64,000 nt of DNA from an uncultured Planctomycetia bacterium (GTDB taxonomy: Bacteria; Omnitrophota; Gorgyraeia; 1-14-0-20-64-10): contig CAZQXN010000001.1 of the NCBI GenBank assembly GCA_964597545.1, forward strand, positions 5,655 through 69,654, read 5' to 3'. The notes beneath the pieces were generated by a model. That model was given only the letters and a program-made list of their open reading frames with translations, was not told the origin of the DNA and did not search any database. This document shows, piece after piece, positions 40,652-50,799 of this stretch (the first letter of the stretch is position 1; each line of letters begins with the position of its first letter). The position numbers were made by a program, and so were the translations under genes.

Positions 40652-43600
40652 TCAAGCATTATCTTTTTTGAAAGGAGCGTCGATCCAATCCGCATGGCCC
40701 TGCTGCATGTCAAACCGCCACTTCCATGCAGCATAGAGGGCAGGGTAAATGATGAGTCCCAACAGAAAGGCTGAAAGAATCCCCCCCACCATGGGGGCTG
40801 CGATCCGCTTCATGACATCTGCGCCGGCTTCGTGCGCACCGGCCCACATGATCGGCAGAAGCCCCATGAAGGTGGTGCCCACTGCCATGGTCATGGGGCG
40901 CACTCGCTTGACCGCGCCGCTCATGACTGCCTCCTTAAGATCCTCGAAAGTCCTCAGCCGCCCTTCTCCTTTGCGCTCCTCATACGCCAGATCCAGATAG
41001 AGCAGCATGATGACCCCTATCTCCGCCGCCACCCCTGCCAAAGCAATAAAGCCAACACCGGCTGCAATGCTGAGGTTGTAGCCCAAAAGAAACATGAGCC
41101 ATACCGAACCGATTAAGGAAAGGGGCACCATGAACAAGACGATGAACGTCTTAACGACCGAACGGGTGTTGAGGTAAAGCAGAACAAAGATGAGCAGCAA
41201 GGTCACAGGAAGCATCACCGCCAGCCGCTGCATGGCCCGCTCCATGTATTCAAACTGACCGCTCCATGCCAGGTAAAAGCCCGGAGGGATCTCCACCTGC
41301 TCGGCAATCAACGCTTTGGCTTCAGTGACGAAGCTACCGATATCCCGACCTGCAAGATCCACATAGATCCAGCCAGTCAGCATCCCGTTTTCATTTTTGA
41401 TGACCGGCGGCCCTGTGGTCAGCTGGATATCGGCCAGCTGCCCAACCGGCACTTGGACCCCTGTCGGAGTAGCCACCAGGACACGCTTTAATTTCTCGGG
41501 ATCATCCCTGAGCTCCCTGGCATAGCGAACGTTGACCGGATAGCGCTCGCGGCCCTCCACAGTCCAGGTGATGTTCTTGCCGCCTACCGCGGTTTCAATG
41601 ATCTCCTCCACATCTCCCACTGTGAGTCCATACCGGGCCGCCTCTTTTCTATGGATGTCAAAGTCCAGGAAATACCCGCCGGTGACCCGCTCAGCATAGA
41701 CCGAGCGCGTCCCTTTCACCTGTGGAAGGATCGCTTCGATCTGTTCTCCAATCTTCTGGATCCTGTCTAAATCCGGCCCGTAGATCTTGATGCCGATGGG
41801 CGTGCGGATACCGGTGGTGAGCATGTCGATCCGGGTCTTGATCGGCATGATCCAAGCGTTGGTGGTCCCAGGAAACTGCATGGCCTGGTCCATATCCTCA
41901 ATGAGCTCCTCCCACGTCCGCCGCCTTCCCCGGGTGCCATCAACCGGCCACTGCTCATGGGGCTTGAGCTTGATCACGGTTTCCACCATAGACAAGGGTG
42001 CCGGGTCTGTCGCAGTGCGGGCCCGCCCCACCTTTCCAAAGACAGTCTCTACTTCGGGAAAGGACTTGAGCACCTGGTCTTGGGCCTGGAGCCATTCTCG
42101 CGCGCTCTCAATGGAGATCCCCGGCAGGGTGGTGGGCATATAAAGGATGTCCCCTTCATTCAACGGCGGCATAAACTCTGAACCGAGTTTCAAAGAGACC
42201 GGAACGGTCAGCAGAAGCAGGATCGCAGCAGCCGCAAAAACTTGTTTGCGCCAGCGCAGAACCCGCTCCAGCACAGGGGCATAGAAGCGCTTGAGCATTC
42301 GGCTGACCGGATGCTGCTCTTCCGGATGGATCTTGCCGGCCACCACAAAGTTGACCAGTCGGCCCAACCATTTGGGCCCTGCCACCTTCCGCTCCCTGGT
42401 GGGTTTAAGCAGCCACTGCAGTAAAACCGGCACCAGGGTGATGGCGAGAACCGCTGCAAAGAACATGGCGTAGTTCTTGGTGAAGGCCAGGGGCGTGAAG
42501 AGCCGCCCCTCCTGGGCCTGCAGGGCAAAGACCGGCATGAAGGAAACTGCAATCACCAGCAGGGAGAAGAAGATGGGCCGTCCCACTTCCTGGGCTGCGC
42601 GCAAGAGCACCTCAGCAACCGGCTCTGTGCGCCCTGTGCCTTCCCATCGCTCCAAGCGTTTGTGCGCATTCTCAACCAACACAATGGAGGCATCCACCAT
42701 GGCCCCGATAGCGATGGCAATACCCCCTAACGACATGATGTTCGAGGTCAGCCCCATCCCGGCCATGGGGATAAAGGCAAAGAGGGCCGCAATGGGAAGG
42801 GTAACGATGGGAATGAGGGCCGAGCGGAAGTGCCACAGGAAGAGAATGATCACGAGACTGACCACCAACATCTCTTCGGTGAGCTTCCTTTTGAGGGTTG
42901 TGATGGAGCGGCGGATGAGATCCGAACGGTCGTAGGTGGTAACGAGCTCTACGCCTTCCGGAAAGGCAGATTTGACCTCCTCAAGTTTCGTCTTCACCCG
43001 GTCAATGACTTGAAGGGCATTCTCGCCGTAGCGCATCACGACAATGCCGCCGACCACCTCTCCTCTGCCGTTAAGCTCGGCGGCACCCCGGCGCATCTCC
43101 GGCCCGAACTGGACGATGGCGACATCACGCACCAGAATCGGTGTGCCAGTCTTCTCGTTGACCCCTATCGGAATCTGCTCTACGTCCTCCAAGGAGCGGA
43201 TGTAGCCCCGCCCGCGCACCATATACTCTGTTTCGGCCAACTCAATGACCCGCCCTCCCACATCGTTGTTGGAACGCTGGATCGCCATGATGACATGCTT
43301 AATCGGAATACCGAAAGCCAGGAGCGCATCGGGATTGATATTGACTTGATATTGGCGCACAAAGCCCCCGACTGAGGCCACCTCGGCCACACCCGGGACT
43401 GATTCCAGCCAGTAGCGCAGATACCAATCCTGAAAGGTTCTAAGCTCCGACAAGTCATTGCGGCCGCTCTCATCCACCAAGGCATATTCAAAAACCCACC
43501 CCACTCCGGTGGCATCGGGGCCGAGTGTGGGATTGACTCCTTGAGGAAGGTTGCCGGTGATCTTGTTTAAATATTCGAGCGTCCGGGAACGGGCCCAATA

Positions 43601-43909
43601 GATGTCGGTACCGTCCTTGAAGATGGCGTAGACAAAGGAAAGGCCAAAGAAGGAGTAGCCCCGGACCACCTTTACCTTTGGAGCTGCAATCATGGAGCTG
43701 ACAATCGGATAGGTCAACTGATCTTCCACCAGGTCCGGAGAGCGCCCGGGCCATTCGGTAAAGACGATCACTTGGACATCTGAGAGATCCGGGATCGCAT
43801 CCAAGGGAGTGTTGCGGACCGACCACACCCCCCAACCGATGGCGACAATCGTCCCCAACAGAACGAAGAAGCGGTTTTTACTGCACCAGGCAATGAGTTT
43901 TTCAATCAT
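40652..43909 (-). CDS. cusA: CusA/SilA heavy-metal RND permease
   Basis: [28 protein letters not shown], Met triad region (EFMP, PLSMVET, IDML). Confidence 0.95.
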   Translation of the reverse strand: MIEKLIAWCSKNRFFVLLGTIVAIGWGVWSVRNTPLDAIPDLSDVQVIVFTEWPGRSPDLVEDQLTYPIVSSMIAAPKVKVVRGYSFFGLSFVYAIFKDGTDIYWARSRTLEYLNKITGNLPQGVNPTLGPDATGVGWVFEYALVDESGRNDLSELRTFQDWYLRYWLESVPGVAEVASVGGFVRQYQVNINPDALLAFGIPIKHVIMAIQRSNNDVGGRVIELAETEYMVRGRGYIRSLEDVEQIPIGVNEKTGTPILVRDVAIVQFGPEMRRGAAELNGRGEVVGGIVVMRYGENALQVIDRVKTKLEEVKSAFPEGVELVTTYDRSDLIRRSITTLKRKLTEEMLVVSLVIILFLWHFRSALIPIVTLPIAALFAFIPMAGMGLTSNIMSLGGIAIAIGAMVDASIVLVENAHKRLERWEGTGRTEPVAEVLLRAAQEVGRPIFFSLLVIAVSFMPVFALQAQEGRLFTPLAFTKNYAMFFAAVLAITLVPVLLQWLLKPTRERKVAGPKWLGRLVNFVVAGKIHPEEQHPVSRMLKRFYAPVLERVLRWRKQVFAAAAILLLLTVPVSLKLGSEFMPPLNEGDILYMPTTLPGISIESAREWLQAQDQVLKSFPEVETVFGKVGRARTATDPAPLSMVETVIKLKPHEQWPVDGTRGRRRTWEELIEDMDQAMQFPGTTNAWIMPIKTRIDMLTTGIRTPIGIKIYGPDLDRIQKIGEQIEAILPQVKGTRSVYAERVTGGYFLDFDIHRKEAARYGLTVGDVEEIIETAVGGKNITWTVEGRERYPVNVRYARELRDDPEKLKRVLVATPTGVQVPVGQLADIQLTTGPPVIKNENGMLTGWIYVDLAGRDIGSFVTEAKALIAEQVEIPPGFYLAWSGQFEYMERAMQRLAVMLPVTLLLIFVLLYLNTRSVVKTFIVLFMVPLSLIGSVWLMFLLGYNLSIAAGVGFIALAGVAAEIGVIMLLYLDLAYEERKGEGRLRTFEDLKEAVMSGAVKRVRPMTMAVGTTFMGLLPIMWAGAHEAGADVMKRIAAPMVGGILSAFLLGLIIYPALYAAWKWRFDMQQGHADWIDAPFKKDNA

Positions 43910-43914
43910 GGCGA

Positions 43915-45039
43915 TTAATGCTGATGGCCGCTGGCCGCAGCAGAAGAGGCAGCCCGAAGCCTGCTCTCAGAATCAATCAAGAAATTGCCGGAGGTGACAA
44001 CGCGCTGACCGGCCTCAAGCCCTTCTACAACGGCATGGTAACCCTCTGCCCGAGCTCCCAGCTGGACTTCGTGGGGCACAAATTGTCCCTCGCCTGTCTC
44101 GACAAAAACGATCTGGCGAGCCCCGGTATCCATGACAGCGCTCTCTGGAACCGCCAGATGCTCTCCCAATGAGGCTTGGATCTTGGCATTGGCAAACATC
44201 TGGGGCTTGAGCTTGCCCTCGGGGTTGGGAATGAGGACCCGGACCTTGGCGCTTCGGGTTTTAGGATCCAAGACGGTATCGATGGAGCCGATGGTGCCGT
44301 GAAAAATCTGTCCCGGGAAAGCGCGCACCTCTACGGCAACCGGATCCCCTTCCCGGACCAGGGGCACCTCATATTCATAGAGGGTGCCGTAGAGCCAGAC
44401 ATCGCCGGGTCCATCCGCCAACAGCAGGCGCTCGTCGGGTCCACTCCCTTGCGCCAACTGCTCAATCTGTTTGTCATTCAACCCCAGCAACCGCAGCCGC
44501 AGCCGGGCAGAACTTACAAGTTTCTTGGCGCGCTCCTGAATCTCCGGGATGGTGCTTTGGCTTACGCTGCTAAACCCTTTGAGGGCGGCCAAATATTCCT
44601 CTTGGGCATGGTAGAGATCCGGATCATAGGCAATGAGCCCCACGGTGCTGATCGTTTTGGTGAGCGCACGTCTTTGAATGACCTCGGTCTTGACCCCGAT
44701 AAGCTGTTGGCGTTGGGGGGTAATTCGAACCGGTGCATGACCTTCCGGCAAAGCGGCCTCTCCATGGCCCCCATGACTCTGATGGCCGGCCTGAGCCGCC
44801 TCTACGGCATGAGGCTCCTCTGGCTTGACCGGAACCAGCGTCATCCCACAGATGGGGCAATCTCCCGCTTGGTCCGACACGTAGGTCGGATGCATCGGGC
44901 AATGGTAAAGCGCTTGCTGCTGGCCGGAATGCATCCGGTGCGCTCCGGAATCATGTGAAGCGCGCCACCACAGCAAGCCAACCCCGGCCAATAGGACAAC
45001 AAGCAGAACAGCTGTTAACCGCTTAAGAAGCGCTTTCAT
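43915..45039 (-). CDS. cusB: CusB-type periplasmic adaptor with metal-binding domain
   Basis: YHCPMHP..CPICGMTL, His-rich linker, LKPQMF, GNFLIDSES. Confidence 0.9.
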   Translation of the reverse strand: MKALLKRLTAVLLVVLLAGVGLLWWRASHDSGAHRMHSGQQQALYHCPMHPTYVSDQAGDCPICGMTLVPVKPEEPHAVEAAQAGHQSHGGHGEAALPEGHAPVRITPQRQQLIGVKTEVIQRRALTKTISTVGLIAYDPDLYHAQEEYLAALKGFSSVSQSTIPEIQERAKKLVSSARLRLRLLGLNDKQIEQLAQGSGPDERLLLADGPGDVWLYGTLYEYEVPLVREGDPVAVEVRAFPGQIFHGTIGSIDTVLDPKTRSAKVRVLIPNPEGKLKPQMFANAKIQASLGEHLAVPESAVMDTGARQIVFVETGEGQFVPHEVQLGARAEGYHAVVEGLEAGQRVVTSGNFLIDSESRLRAASSAAASGHQH

Positions 45040-46342
45040 CGTTTCCCCCCTGCGCATTAAGATCCATTCCGACAGCGCGCTCGAGTGCCGCAAACTGCTG
45101 TGCGGTGTCCGTATAGGCGCGCCAGTAGGTCAGTTGAGCGTTGAGCCACACCCGTTCGCCCTCGAGCAGGTTCAAAAAATCAGACTCCCCTGCTTGATAG
45201 GCCGCCTCTGCGGCATCTAAGACCTGCTCTGCTTGGGGAATAACCGCAGTCTTATACAGGGAGACAAGATTCCGGGCCGTTTCCCACCGCACATACGCAT
45301 CCGCCACTTCAAACTCCGCGGCATTCTCCAGTTGGCGCACCTGAGCCTCAGAGGAAGCGGCTTGGGCCTTGGCTTCATCTACGTTGGCACGCAAGCGCTT
45401 CTCCCAAATCGGAAGATTAAACTTAAAGGTGACGTTCCACGCATCGGTTCCATCATCCGCAGAGGAGGTGCTGCCTCCTCCGATGTCCATGTAATTGAAG
45501 CCAGCGGTCAAATCCGGAAAGCGCCGCCGCTTGGCCAGCCGCACCTGTGTCTCGTCCCGCCGGAGACGGTGCTGACCCGCAAGAACTTCTTGGCGGTGAT
45601 CCCGGGCCATCTGCTGGAGCTCCTCCAAAGAAAAAGCAAGGGCCGGCAGCGCAAAGATGCTGGGGGAGTCCATGGGGGCATTCTCCGGGCGGTCCAATAG
45701 GGCGTTCAGCTGAGCTTGGACGGTGGCAGCCTGCTGCTTTAAGCTCAGCAACCGGTCTATCGCCCGAGAAATCTCCACCTGCGCCTTGGAGACATCCTGG
45801 CTGCGACCCCCATGGGCTGCGAAGTGAGACCGAGCCACCTGCTCCAAGTGCTCGAGCAGGGTCTTGTCCTGTTCAGTAATCTCGATGGCGTTGCGGATCC
45901 AAAAGAGCTCGTAATACGTCTGTTTCACCTGCGCGAGGATCTCCTGTTCGGTCGCCCGGTAGAGTTGTCCCAGTGCCTTGGCCTCTTCGGCAGCCACCTG
46001 GCTCCGATCAGACAACTTGCCTGGAAAGGGCAGCTTTTGGCTGATCCCGAAGGCTTGCTCCTGCGGACCAACCCGCGTCTGCACCTCTTCACCAAAATAG
46101 GTGTAGCTCACCACCGGATCCTCCAGCCAGCCGACCTGCGCACCCTTCTCTCGAGCCGCCTGCCACTGGGCTCTGGCCGCTTGAATTTGAGGATTGTTGT
46201 CTCTGGCCTCATCCAACAGCGCTTCAATTGAGCCCTTCTGGGGCAGAGGGGCCTCTCCCCCTGCCTCAGCCGAAACAGCTGGGGCGAAGGCCGCATGGGC
46301 CAAACCCAATAACGCCAGCGCCGAGAAGAACAATCGCATCAC
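45023..46342 (-). CDS. TolC/CusC-family outer membrane efflux protein
   Basis: Signal peptide, SQKLPFPGKL, NLPIW, AALERAVG. Confidence 0.88.
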   Translation of the reverse strand: MMRLFFSALALLGLAHAAFAPAVSAEAGGEAPLPQKGSIEALLDEARDNNPQIQAARAQWQAAREKGAQVGWLEDPVVSYTYFGEEVQTRVGPQEQAFGISQKLPFPGKLSDRSQVAAEEAKALGQLYRATEQEILAQVKQTYYELFWIRNAIEITEQDKTLLEHLEQVARSHFAAHGGRSQDVSKAQVEISRAIDRLLSLKQQAATVQAQLNALLDRPENAPMDSPSIFALPALAFSLEELQQMARDHRQEVLAGQHRLRRDETQVRLAKRRRFPDLTAGFNYMDIGGGSTSSADDGTDAWNVTFKFNLPIWEKRLRANVDEAKAQAASSEAQVRQLENAAEFEVADAYVRWETARNLVSLYKTAVIPQAEQVLDAAEAAYQAGESDFLNLLEGERVWLNAQLTYWRAYTDTAQQFAALERAVGMDLNAQGGNDESAS

Positions 46343-46608
46343 TGCACAAATCGGTGAATGGTTTCCATGAGTTCATCCACCTTCTGCGTTCCGCCGCGAC
46401 CCTTGATTGCTTGGGAAACACAGTGATCCACATGGCCCCGCATGACCTTAAGGGACACCTCATCCACAGCCCGCCGGATGGCAGTCAGCTGCTGAATGAT
46501 ATCGATGCAGTAGCGCTGTTCCTGGATCATGCGCGCCACCCCTCGTACCTGACCCTCAATTCGATTGAGCCTTACCTCTACCCCTGTATGCTTAGCACCT
46601 TTTGGCAT
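46339..46608 (-). CDS. csoR: CsoR/RcnR metal-sensing repressor
   Basis: RLNRIEGQVRG, RYCIDI, HVDHC. Confidence 0.92.
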   Translation of the reverse strand: MPKGAKHTGVEVRLNRIEGQVRGVARMIQEQRYCIDIIQQLTAIRRAVDEVSLKVMRGHVDHCVSQAIKGRGGTQKVDELMETIHRFVQ

Positions 46609-46619
46609 GGTCTCCTCCT

Positions 46620-46661
46620 ATACTCACCCCCAGTATGCCATACTCCGGGGGGGTATGTCAA
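46620..46661 (-). promoter_or_regulatory. csoR-cus promoter with two CsoR-type operators
   Basis: TTGACA-N18-CATACT; boxes ATACT-CACCCCC-AGTAT (46620-46636) and CATAC-TCCGGGGGG-GTATG (46639-46657). Confidence 0.8.
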
Positions 46662-46665
46662 GTGC

Positions 46666-46693
46666 AAAAATAAAAAAGCCGGAAACACGGCTT
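46666..46693 (-). terminator. Intrinsic terminator downstream of acr3
   Basis: AAGCCG-TGTTTC-CGGCTT then TTTTATTTTT on the minus strand. Confidence 0.6.
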
Positions 46694-46703
46694 GCTGCCA
46701 GTT

Positions 46704-46741
46704 GGGCGTTTTGGCTCGTTTTGCTAGCACCCCGTTAGCAC
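46704..46741 (+). repeat. Relic copy of the element's left-end arm sequence
   Basis: 34/38 identity to 48032-48069, including GCTAGCAC-CCC-GTTAGCAC. Confidence 0.75.
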
Positions 46742-46782
46742 AGGCCAGCATCCTTACTGAATAACCAGGGGGTACTCCATTT

Positions 46783-47823
46783 TCAAAAATACTTTCGCCT
46801 GAACCAAAGCGCGACGGCTACGAGACTGATCAAAATGGGAACCTCCACAAGTGGACCAATCACGGCTGCAAACGCTACCCCAGAATGAACACCGAATACC
46901 GCTACGGCTACCGCGATAGCAAGCTCGAAGTTATTGCTCGCCGCAGTAAAGGAGAGTGTGGCCGACTGGCCGTAAGAAGCGCCAATCTTCTTGCTCATGA
47001 AAAAGGAGATCAGGAACATCACGACGAAATAAATGAGCAGTGGAACTGCGATCCGAACGACATCCAACGGAATTCTGACGATGGTATCCCCTTTCAGAGA
47101 AAACATCACGACAATCGTAAACAGCAGCGCGATGAGCGTGATGGGGCTAATCGTCGGGATGAAGCGCGTCTCGTACCAAACCTTGCCCTTCGCTTTGAGT
47201 AGAACGAAGCGCGTCAAGGCACCCGCAAGGAATGGAATGCCCAGATAGATGAAAACGCTTTGGGCGATCTGGACAATCGTGATGTCGACAACCGCGCCTT
47301 GCAGGCCGAACCAACGCGGCAGGATCGTGATAAAAACCCAGGCGTAAAGTGAGAAGAAAAGCACCTGAAAGATCGAGTTGAACGCCACAAGCCCCGCACA
47401 ATATTCCGTATCCCCTTCGGCGAGCTCATTCCACACGATGACCATCGCAATGCAGCGGGCGAGACCAATCAGGATGAGCCCAATCATATATTCCGGATAA
47501 CCTCGGAGGAACAGGATCGCCAGCGCAAACATCAGGACAGGACCAATCACCCAGTTCTGGACCAGGGACAGGAGCAGGACTTTAGTGTTTTTGAACACAT
47601 CGCCAAGTTCTTCGTATTTCACCTTGGCGAGGGGTGGATACATCATGAGAATGAGGCCAACCGCGATCGGGACATTGGTCGTGCCCACCTGAAACTTGCT
47701 CCAAAAACCAACGACCGGCGGATAGAAATATCCGGCTGCGACGCCGACACCCATGCCCAGAAAGATCCAGAGCGTCAAAAACCGGTCTAGGAACGAAAGT
47801 TGTTTCTTGCCGCATCGACTCAT
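46783..47823 (-). CDS. acr3: ACR3-family arsenite efflux transporter
   Basis: [51 protein letters not shown]. Confidence 0.95.
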   Translation of the reverse strand: MSRCGKKQLSFLDRFLTLWIFLGMGVGVAAGYFYPPVVGFWSKFQVGTTNVPIAVGLILMMYPPLAKVKYEELGDVFKNTKVLLLSLVQNWVIGPVLMFALAILFLRGYPEYMIGLILIGLARCIAMVIVWNELAEGDTEYCAGLVAFNSIFQVLFFSLYAWVFITILPRWFGLQGAVVDITIVQIAQSVFIYLGIPFLAGALTRFVLLKAKGKVWYETRFIPTISPITLIALLFTIVVMFSLKGDTIVRIPLDVVRIAVPLLIYFVVMFLISFFMSKKIGASYGQSATLSFTAASNNFELAIAVAVAVFGVHSGVAFAAVIGPLVEVPILISLVAVALWFRRKYF

Positions 47824-47889
47824 GAATCTCTCCTGTTAAAGACCGAAAGCATTCCCATGTGGGTTGGCGGTATTGCAACACAAAGGCGA

Positions 47890-47931
47890 AGCCGGCGACA
47901 GGAGTCGAACCTGCGACCCGCGCATTACGAA
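47890..47931 (-). pseudogene. Displaced 3' part of host tRNA-Thr(CGU) at the left junction
   Basis: TTCGTAA TGCGC GGGTC GCAGG TTCGACT CCTGT CGCCGGC T; no D arm or 5' acceptor strand upstream. Confidence 0.9.
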
Positions 47932-48050
47932 ATCCCCTTGGTATTTTAACGGTCTTTGCTGGTGTTGCGTAATGGTTTCTGCTGGTAGGAGTTAGGGGAA
48001 AGTGGTTTTGCTGCTGGTTGCTGGTGTTTCAGGGTGTTTTGGCTTGTTTT

Positions 48051-48069
48051 GTTAGCACCCTGTTAGCAC
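48051..48069 (+). repeat. Putative integrase arm-type sites (left)
   Basis: GTTAGCAC-CCT-GTTAGCAC about 120 bp inside the left core. Confidence 0.72.
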
Positions 48070-48076
48070 GGGAAGA

Positions 48077-48472
48077 TTACCGCTCGGGCTGTCCTTCTTC
48101 CTTCTCTGGAGCCCTATATCGGGAAACTATTTTGGCGCCTTCCTTGTAGGCTTTATCGTGGTCAGAACTTATATAGAAAAGCACAGCATCCTCCATTGAG
48201 TGCTGTTCTGAACTACAAAAACTACAGTTTGGGACAATCACTGTCTTTGCGCAGTCTCTGCAGAGAATAAAAAGACTCCTAACTCCCTTCTGCCCGCGAG
48301 GGAAGCTTTTAAATGGGGAAAGTTCATGCTTCAGTTGCTCCCCTATTACGTGTCCCGAATCACTTTTTAGGAAGCGTTTTAACTTCTCAGCTTCTTTGAC
48401 TTGAACTGCATCTTTTGAATCGTGGGCTGCTTGAAATTCGGGATGTTCGTGAACTGAGGGACAACCGCCCAT
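48077..48472 (-). CDS. Putative RelE/ParE-like toxin with CxxC...CxxC insertion
   Basis: GEQLKHELSPFKS..G..VRSLF...VLFYI..HDKAY pattern; CRDC and CSFC; TAATG coupling to upstream ORF. Confidence 0.55.
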   Translation of the reverse strand: MGGCPSVHEHPEFQAAHDSKDAVQVKEAEKLKRFLKSDSGHVIGEQLKHELSPFKSFPRGQKGVRSLFILCRDCAKTVIVPNCSFCSSEQHSMEDAVLFYISSDHDKAYKEGAKIVSRYRAPEKEEGQPER

Positions 48473-48918
48473 TACCTGTTGGCGAAACGGGACCTGACCT
48501 TCTCAAGAAGATTCTGGTCAACTCGAATCTTCTTCTCAGAATCAAGCTCGATACCGTATTGCCTCTCCGCATTCGCACAGTAGTTGCTGTAGTGTTCTAT
48601 TAAACGAGCAAATGGTGGGCAATTGTTGAGGATGAGTACATAGAAATCAACATTGACATCATTCTCACAAAATGCCAGAAAGTTATAGGTTTCTTTATAG
48701 CAATCTAGCTGGAATTTATCCCGGGCCTTGAGGTCTTTTAGTTTGGCAAGCGACATCTGGAGTTCGTTAAAGGCTTCGTAGCAGTGTTCGGAACTTTCAC
48801 CTATTTTCCTGATTCGAATTTCCTGTTCCCAGCGCTTGACATCTTTTTCAAGTTGCTCAACGTCGATCTTAAATTCTCTTACCTTGCTCTTAACAGCCCT
48901 CTCTTGAACATTGAGCAT
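48472..48918 (-). CDS. Hypothetical helical protein, putative antitoxin
   Basis: AAGGAGG RBS before ATG at 48918; charged and helical; coupled upstream of the RelE-like ORF. Confidence 0.5.
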   Translation of the reverse strand: MLNVQERAVKSKVREFKIDVEQLEKDVKRWEQEIRIRKIGESSEHCYEAFNELQMSLAKLKDLKARDKFQLDCYKETYNFLAFCENDVNVDFYVLILNNCPPFARLIEHYSNYCANAERQYGIELDSEKKIRVDQNLLEKVRSRFANR

Positions 48919-49027
48919 GGTTGACACCCTCCTTTCTTCTGTGCCATGGAGACTTAGGTGGCGAATCCCATAGATAAGTATACCTGATGAACTATCGCGA
49001 GGAGCTACACGTATATTATATCAAAAA

Positions 49028-49101
49028 AGCCGCCGAGAGGAATCGAACCTCCGACCCGTCGCTTACGAAGCGACTGCTCTACCAAACTGAGCTACGGCGG
49101 C
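49028..49101 (-). tRNA. Element-encoded complete tRNA-Thr(CGU)
   Basis: GCCGCCG TA GCTC AGTTTGGTA GAGC A GTCGC TT CGT AA GCGAC GGGTC GGAGG TTCGATT CCTCT CGGCGGC T; all stems pair. Confidence 0.93.
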
Positions 49102-49111
49102 GTAAGGCTGA

Positions 49112-50320
49112 TTATAGCGCGTGAGGGACAGCTAGAGCCAGATTAGGATCCGATGCGCTTTCTGACTGGAATAATTGCGCATCTAATTTCTCCCCTGCCC
49201 CAGCTTGTGCTTCCGGAAGGAGATGTCCATATCTGTCTAGCGTTGTTTGAATAGAGGCGTGGCCAAGCTGGCTCTGGATAAACTTGGCGTGAAACCCTTG
49301 AGCAATAAGAAGGGCAGCATAGGTATGCCTGAGATCATGAAAACGAATCTTCCGAAGCCCGGCGCCGTCCAGAGCTGGCTCAAACTCTCGCCGAATCAGA
49401 TTTCGGTATTGGATAGGGGTTCCTTTGGGGGTACAAAAAACAAGCTCGTGTGGGCTTACGGGACACCGAAGGCGGTGAAGTTCGAGTGCCTCTCTCAACT
49501 TGGGGGACATAACAATGGACCTTTTAGAGCGTTTGGATTTGGGAGAGGTAAACCGCCAAAGCTCGGATCCTTCTTGGCCAAACTCCTCAGCTTCCCGTTT
49601 CCGATACCAGAAAATACTGCGTTGGACATAGATCCGATTGGCGTTCCAGGCAATATCTCCCCACTGTAACGCCTGTAGCTCTCCCACCCGCATCCCAGTA
49701 AGCACCCCTGACAAAAACAGGGTTCTATAAGGTTCATCAGAGTGTCTCAGCAATAAGCGGATCTCGTCGGGCGAAAGATAGGCCATTTCTTTCTGCTCAA
49801 CCCTGGCATGTTTAATATCCTGGGCGGGATTCTCCCGTAGATACCCCCATTGCTTGGCACACTTCAAGATATGCTTCAGAAGAACCAGTGTTTTGTTAAT
49901 TGTTGCAGGAGCGTTTGGCTTTTCTCTGATCGATTTTGCCATGTACGCCTGAATCTGATCCGGAGCGATGTCCACCAGGCGTTGCGAGCCAAAGACGGGA
50001 TCCAAATGCCACCTGACGATGCCTCGGTATGCCCTGTAGGTAAGGGGCTTAACCCGGGCAGAAACGTAGTCCTTGAGCCATCTCCGTGCGAAGTCGTCGA
50101 AGGTGATGTGCCGGATTGACCGGTAGGAGCCGGAATGAACCTGAGCCATGATCTCGGCCAGTCGTCTTTCAGCAGTTTTCTTGCTTCGCCCAACCGCCTC
50201 CCACTTCTGACGTTTACCGACTCGGTAGGTAATGGAGTAGCCAGCCCGCGGGTGCTTGCAAGATCCCGAGGATTTGTTGCCACACTTGCGACACCGCCAG
50301 ATGATACTTCCCTGTGCCAT
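49112..50320 (-). CDS. Tyrosine recombinase (phage integrase)
   Basis: TGMRVGE, K, FHDLRH, LGHASIQTT.DRYGH; N-terminal arm-binding region with CxxC. Confidence 0.95.
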   Translation of the reverse strand: MAQGSIIWRCRKCGNKSSGSCKHPRAGYSITYRVGKRQKWEAVGRSKKTAERRLAEIMAQVHSGSYRSIRHITFDDFARRWLKDYVSARVKPLTYRAYRGIVRWHLDPVFGSQRLVDIAPDQIQAYMAKSIREKPNAPATINKTLVLLKHILKCAKQWGYLRENPAQDIKHARVEQKEMAYLSPDEIRLLLRHSDEPYRTLFLSGVLTGMRVGELQALQWGDIAWNANRIYVQRSIFWYRKREAEEFGQEGSELWRFTSPKSKRSKRSIVMSPKLREALELHRLRCPVSPHELVFCTPKGTPIQYRNLIRREFEPALDGAGLRKIRFHDLRHTYAALLIAQGFHAKFIQSQLGHASIQTTLDRYGHLLPEAQAGAGEKLDAQLFQSESASDPNLALAVPHAL

Positions 50321-50377
50321 ATCAATGGTCTCCTTGGCAATCAGAGAAAGTATAACATAAATAGTCCCAGTTGGGAC

Positions 50378-50587
50378 TTATTTCTTCTTGGAAGGGCGCC
50401 CTTTCTTTCTGGGGAGAGACAGATACTTCTTCAACGATCCAGCACTGATTAACCAAATATCTCCTGCCTTCCGCCCATCTATCTTTCTCGAAGAAGCTAG
50501 GCGGACAAGATGTCGGCGGGAAATGCGGAAGCGCTGCTCTGCCTCTGGTGCTGTAAGTACCAGGCGAATAGGGGAACGAACGTTCAT
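50378..50587 (-). CDS. Excisionase-like HTH protein with AT-hook-like tail
   Basis: LTAPEAEQRFRISRRHL...GRKAGDIWLI; C-terminal RKKGRP. Confidence 0.7.
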   Translation of the reverse strand: MNVRSPIRLVLTAPEAEQRFRISRRHLVRLASSRKIDGRKAGDIWLISAGSLKKYLSLPRKKGRPSKKK

Positions 50588-50592
50588 AGCTG

Positions 50593-50799
50593 TTATGATA
50601 CGTCATCTTCCGCGCAGTTTCCATCAGCCCCGTTCCTACGGAAGAAAGCCAGGACCTCCTGCGGATCGAACCTCACATACTTACCCACTTTGATGAATGG
50701 AATGGCAGACGATCCCAGCCGAGTACGCTGATAAATCCAGGTAGCTGGAACACCTAAAATCCGGGCCAACTCCTTCACATCTATCCATCTTTCCATCAT
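50593..50799 (-). CDS. Excisionase-like HTH protein
   Basis: IDVKELARILGVP.TWIY...IPFIKVGKYVRF. Confidence 0.85.
   Translation of the reverse strand: MMERWIDVKELARILGVPATWIYQRTRLGSSAIPFIKVGKYVRFDPQEVLAFFRRNGADGNCAEDDVS

Noticed and set aside
47950-48050. TTGCTGGTG-like short repeats as a CRISPR array or iterons
   Set aside because: Short, irregular and degenerate, with no constant repeat-spacer period and no cas genes; they fit att-arm sequence.
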